From positions 186,001 through 247,391 of the forward strand of contig KZ537963.1 of assembly GCA_000934665.2 (NCBI GenBank): a stretch of DNA of 61,391 nt, in the 5' to 3' direction. The notes under the pieces were generated by a model that was not told the DNA's origin, searched no databases, and saw nothing but the letters and a program-made list of their open reading frames with translations. A program made the position numbers and the translations under genes. Shown here piece after piece: positions 54,517 to 61,391 of this stretch (the stretch's first letter is position 1; each line of letters opens with the position of its first letter). The stretch is from Catajapyx aquilonaris. Taxonomy: Eukaryota.

Positions 54517-56842
54517 ATGAAGTCAGGTCTAGCTTTTCTCTGTGTAGTTGCTGTAGCAATTGCAGCTCTGCCTGATAAGGTAGCCAAGAATGTGGCCATT
54601 CCTAGTTTATTTCAACCCAGCGAAAGCTTCAAGAACGCAGTTGGTTGCATTGTGGATGAAAAAATTCAGAACATGGGTAAGTCTAATATTATTCCCTTGG
54701 GTTGAAGGGGAATAATAATACTGTAATCAATGCAAGGAATGTAATCAATGTAATCATGCAAGTGTGTGGGTCAGTGATGACATTAAATTATTAAATTAAA
54801 TTAAGCGATATAAAATTTTTTGATATTACAAACACAGTCAAGGACTGGAAACAAGAGCAAGAAAATATGGAGAAAACGTTAGAGAAGAGTCTTGAGAATA
54901 AAATGACAATCATGGAGAACAAATTTCTGGAAAAGTTAGTCAGCGCCAAGATTGAAGAACTTCTGAGGCAACAAGCTTCCATTAAGGAAGATGTCGCTGG
55001 CATTGCATCTCAGGTGAACATGACGTACAGTACTATTCGAACTGCACATTAGTCGTGGATTATATAATTTTTGTGCAATATATTCATACACCATTTCAGC
55101 AGGCATCGTGCGATAAACGATTAGTGCCGGCCATAAGCACAAGCGAAACATCCGAAGGTCATCAGTCTCATGCTCATGAAGGTACAACAGGCAACAAGAT
55201 TTCTTAATATGCTACTTGGTTTAAGAGTTCCTCTCCTCAACTGTAATTAGGGAAGGCATTTTAAAAGGCTTATTGTGCTTGCTTGTTAGGCCTATAACAA
55301 TGGCTTTGTCAAACGCACATTAAAATGGCAATCCCTTTATCAGGTGGTAATTCATCGTTTCCGTCGAACTGCCTGGAAGTTTTGAATGCTGGTAATTCTA
55401 AGAGTGGGATTTATACCATACAAGTTTTGAGCCACCAATTTCAGGTAAGTCCATAAAATAATGAAAATGTACGAAATATCCTACTGTGCAGTACAGTGTT
55501 TCTTTTTTTTACTTCACGTAGATCGGTATACACTATAAAAATAAGTGTGCCTATTTCTAGGTAGGCGAGTAATATACACTTTACAATTTCCACTCTGAAT
55601 AATTGTCATGAGTGGAGATGCATTGCATTGTTATAAACCGCCAAAGCTAAGGTTTCATTTTGGATATCATCGAATGTCACATCTCTGGCTCAGACGACAT
55701 AATTATAGTATAGAGTGTTCCAATTAAAGTGTTCCTTTAAGTGAGCAATTTCTGGCACTAATAAGCTGCACATTTTTAAACGTTACTTATGAATATATTC
55801 TTTTAGGGCTTAGCAAATAATTCTCTACTAATGTTACGTTGCTTTGACCAGTCATTTATAAGGACTGCAAAAAATGGGTTAAGTTAATATATAATAATTA
55901 TTGACGTTTCATGCCAATAATTCCAGTGGGGCATACCCATGGAGAAGGAAATATTCCCTACCAATTCAGAGCGAGGATGGGTAATTCAATTCAGCATATT
56001 ATAATACTGTACATCATAATTCTTGATAACCACGATAACCACCCGAACGAAACAGCTTAAAATAAGCCGTTAAGTGCTACAAATTGCTAAATAAAACATC
56101 ATTTTAATTGCTGTTAATGTAATGCCACATCTTTCCAATATTACCGCTCTGATGCTCTATTTTGTTTTATTCTCACAGGTGTTCTGCAATATGGACACAG
56201 ATGGAGGAGGGTGGACAGTGTTTCAAAGAAGATCTGCAGACAAGCCTCGAATTAACTTCTTTCAGTCCTGGAAGGATTACCAGGATGGATTTGGCGATCT
56301 CGACGGTGAATTTTGGCTCGGTCAGTATGTCATTCTGCAGTCCGTCAAGATCACGCTCTTCTCACTATAATACCCATATTGAAGTGTATATTTGATTAAT
56401 GATGTTTTCTGCTTATTTGATATTTTCAGGCCTAGAGCACATCCACCTGCTGACTTACAGCAAGCCAATGTCTCTTCGTGTGGATGTAGAAGACTTCTCA
56501 GGACAGAAACGATTTGCAGTGTACAAATATTTTGATGTCGGCAATGAGCAGGAAAAGTACAGGCTGAGGGTGACGGGGTATAGTGGAGACTCTGGAGATT
56601 CTTTGAGTTATCATAATTACATGGCTTTCAGCACGAGAGACGCTGATAATGATAAGTATGAAACAGGAAATTGTGCCGTTGACTATTACGGTGGCTGGTG
56701 GTACAAGGTTTGCCATGAGTCTAACCTCAATGGTAGGCCAAGTTTGTTGGAAGCTAGTCCAGAAACTGTTTGTTGGAAAGGATTTAAAGACAATTACGAA
56801 TCAATGAATCAAACTGAGATGAAAATGAGACCAGCATTTTGA
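54517..56842 (+). CDS. FReD gene 3: secreted fibrinogen-related domain protein, 6 exons, ~356 aa
   Basis: Exons 54517-54676, 54838-55013, 55103(or 55100)-55181, 55344-55444, 56179-56320, 56430-56842. Signal peptide [20 protein letters not shown] motifs [58 protein letters not shown]. Confidence 0.93.
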
Positions 56843-57706
56843 ATATCGAAATGTTCCTGAATGATTTGTTATTGCACTGAACAATAAGAATTTTATAGGA
56901 TTTCATTCACACTCTTATCTGAAGTGTTATGCATTCGATGATTCATCTTGCTGGAAAATGAGTCATACAAAAGTTATTAGCCTTCCACCTGAGTCACTCA
57001 CTTGCTACATCAAGCACCGAATTGTACGCACAGTCTTCGACCATAAAATATACTCTACTCTACAGTATAAAGAAGTTTGTTTCTCACATCATGCACCTGA
57101 ATTAAGGTTCATAACGAGATCAGCACCATGTGCTGAGATAAGCTGTGATTGCTGTTAGATTCACGTTAGTTTTTGGCCCTATTTCAGAATAATCCTTATC
57201 CTTTTATATTAGCCAGGCTCAGACAGCCACCAACTTTACTCAGGAAATATTTTTGTTCTAGTAGTTGTCTACTAGCAACTGGGACAACAATCAATAATGA
57301 CAACACTGGGACAACAATTAGTCCAATAATGTCATCTTTACTCAGGTAATACTGTTGCCTGCCTCACATTTCACCCGGAGTGCTCTCTCTAGGTATAATA
57401 TATATTACAGCAGAACACTTTGTGTAGCCTATAGGAATTAGTACTTTACAAGGTTCTACTCGATATTAATAGTTGCACACAAATTATGTCAGATATAACT
57501 CCAGCAACTATACCACACGTGACAGACGATATTATGCTATACTGTTGGGACCCAAAATTCTGGTGCAGCCTTCCGTAATACGTATATACATGGCGTGATA
57601 TAAATTATGTGTTCTACTGTTTATATGATCTATTAATAGTATCGAAGAGTAAATCCAGACTGTGACCACACGTCACGAGTACCATTTCTGCTCTTCCATC
57701 CACGCA

Positions 57707-60223
<2,517 letters not shown>

Positions 60224-61280
60224 GAACGATAACATGTGTGTTCTCACTGTAAAATGTAAATGATCAAGTTAAGTTATGCTATATATTTCTCGAGGTTACG
60301 GGACATTATGTTTAAATACCCTGCATACCATATTCTAATATGTCATCCTAATACTGTATTGCTTTGTGGAAGTCGGCAATGTGAATGTTGTCGACGTACT
60401 GCACAATAAGACATTGCTGTAGTGGTTTTGCATAACTTATGCTGATTCTTAACACAGTATTTCCCCAATTATTTTCAGAGAAACGCTGAAAAGATTTTTA
60501 TTTGTTGAGCCTAAATTCAGGGTGATTTATTCGCTGCGCAACCTTGTTTATGTGATACATCCCTGGAGCAGGGACCTGGAGAGTGTGAATATGCGAAATC
60601 AAAAGGTTACCGAATCGCTTTCACATTTGGATCAACGCTTTTTATACGGCGTGTAAATGTTTCCGAAGCATTCACATACTTGCACCAGGTGCTGAATTAA
60701 ACTACATCACTAGTTCGACAGTATATACGTATGTGCATTGTGCTGAAAAACGCTGATTGCTGTTAGGTTAACGTAAATCCTTGACCAAATTCAGAATAAA
60801 TTATTTACAGGCACACTTATGTTGTCTGTGCGTCGCCTATAGTTGTCCGGCCCTGTAACGCATGTTAAAATTACCTCGAAGCTCAGGCTTGATAAGAGAC
60901 ATTCGGATATTTGATGTTTCATATGAAGCCATTCTTTAGAGTTTAGGCCAATGGAAGTTTGTATAGCAGTCAAAATTTCGAATCATAAAGCACAAGCTTA
61001 GAGGCCCTCTATGAGAGGGATGTTAGAGATGTATAAATATTTAAAACCCCTTGTTTTATCATGACAAGAACCGTATCTCAACCATGGCACCAAAAATGCT
61101 GCCAGTCATGGCAGGAGTGCAAAGTTCACTCTTGCCTAATATTATGTGGCATGATGTCAGCTATACTGTCCATGAATATTTTCAACCTATCTCCCCATTC
61201 CACACCTCATAGTCCAAAAATGTGAATGATACACCAACCTATGATCAATTCATGTTGTCTCTTGCGAAAATGAGCGTAAA
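60224..61280 (+). repeat. Segmental paralogue of the gene 2-gene 3 spacer (53702-54420)
   Basis: Shared blocks in the same order: GTACTGCACAATAAGACATTG, AAGCTCAGGCTTG, AACCATGGCACCAAAAA, AAATGTGAATGATACACCAACCT, ATCAATTCATG. Confidence 0.85.
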
Positions 61281-61391
61281 GAGTCATCTCTATCTAGTAG
61301 TAGCCCACGGCTTATTACGGAGCCTCATGGAAAAATTCCGCAGTGTCGCCACCGTCTATGCGAGTTTAACATGGGAAAGCGCTACTGCGGC

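Overview
Eukaryotic (invertebrate animal, plausibly arthropod; inferred) genomic DNA, not prokaryotic. Nearly all short ORFs in the supplied track look spurious. Bases ~49,400-60,223 hold a head-to-tail cluster of four intact, six-exon, plus-strand genes for secreted fibrinogen-related-domain (FReD; tachylectin-5/angiopoietin-like) proteins: signal peptide, Cys-flanked coiled coil, linker, FBG domain. The cluster shows a mosaic gene (gene 4 = gene-3-like 5' half plus gene-2-like 3' half), near-identical exon tracts, a divergent ligand-binding P-subdomain, a GC-AG intron, an intronised exon end and an intronic tRNA-derived SINE. Bases 1-49,400 contain no recognisable protein gene. They do carry three minus-strand fused acceptor/donor sites (pyrimidine tract-CAG|GTRAGT; junctions at 43089/43088, 31306/31305, 5534/5533), each followed 18-65 nt later by a second GTAAGT. 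This is the architecture of recursive-splicing ratchet points with cryptic RS-exons and suggests a giant intron of an unseen minus-strand gene. Also present: a 300-bp foldback CACTA-like MITE, an 18-bp palindromic minisatellite, an assembly gap and candidate enhancer motif clusters.
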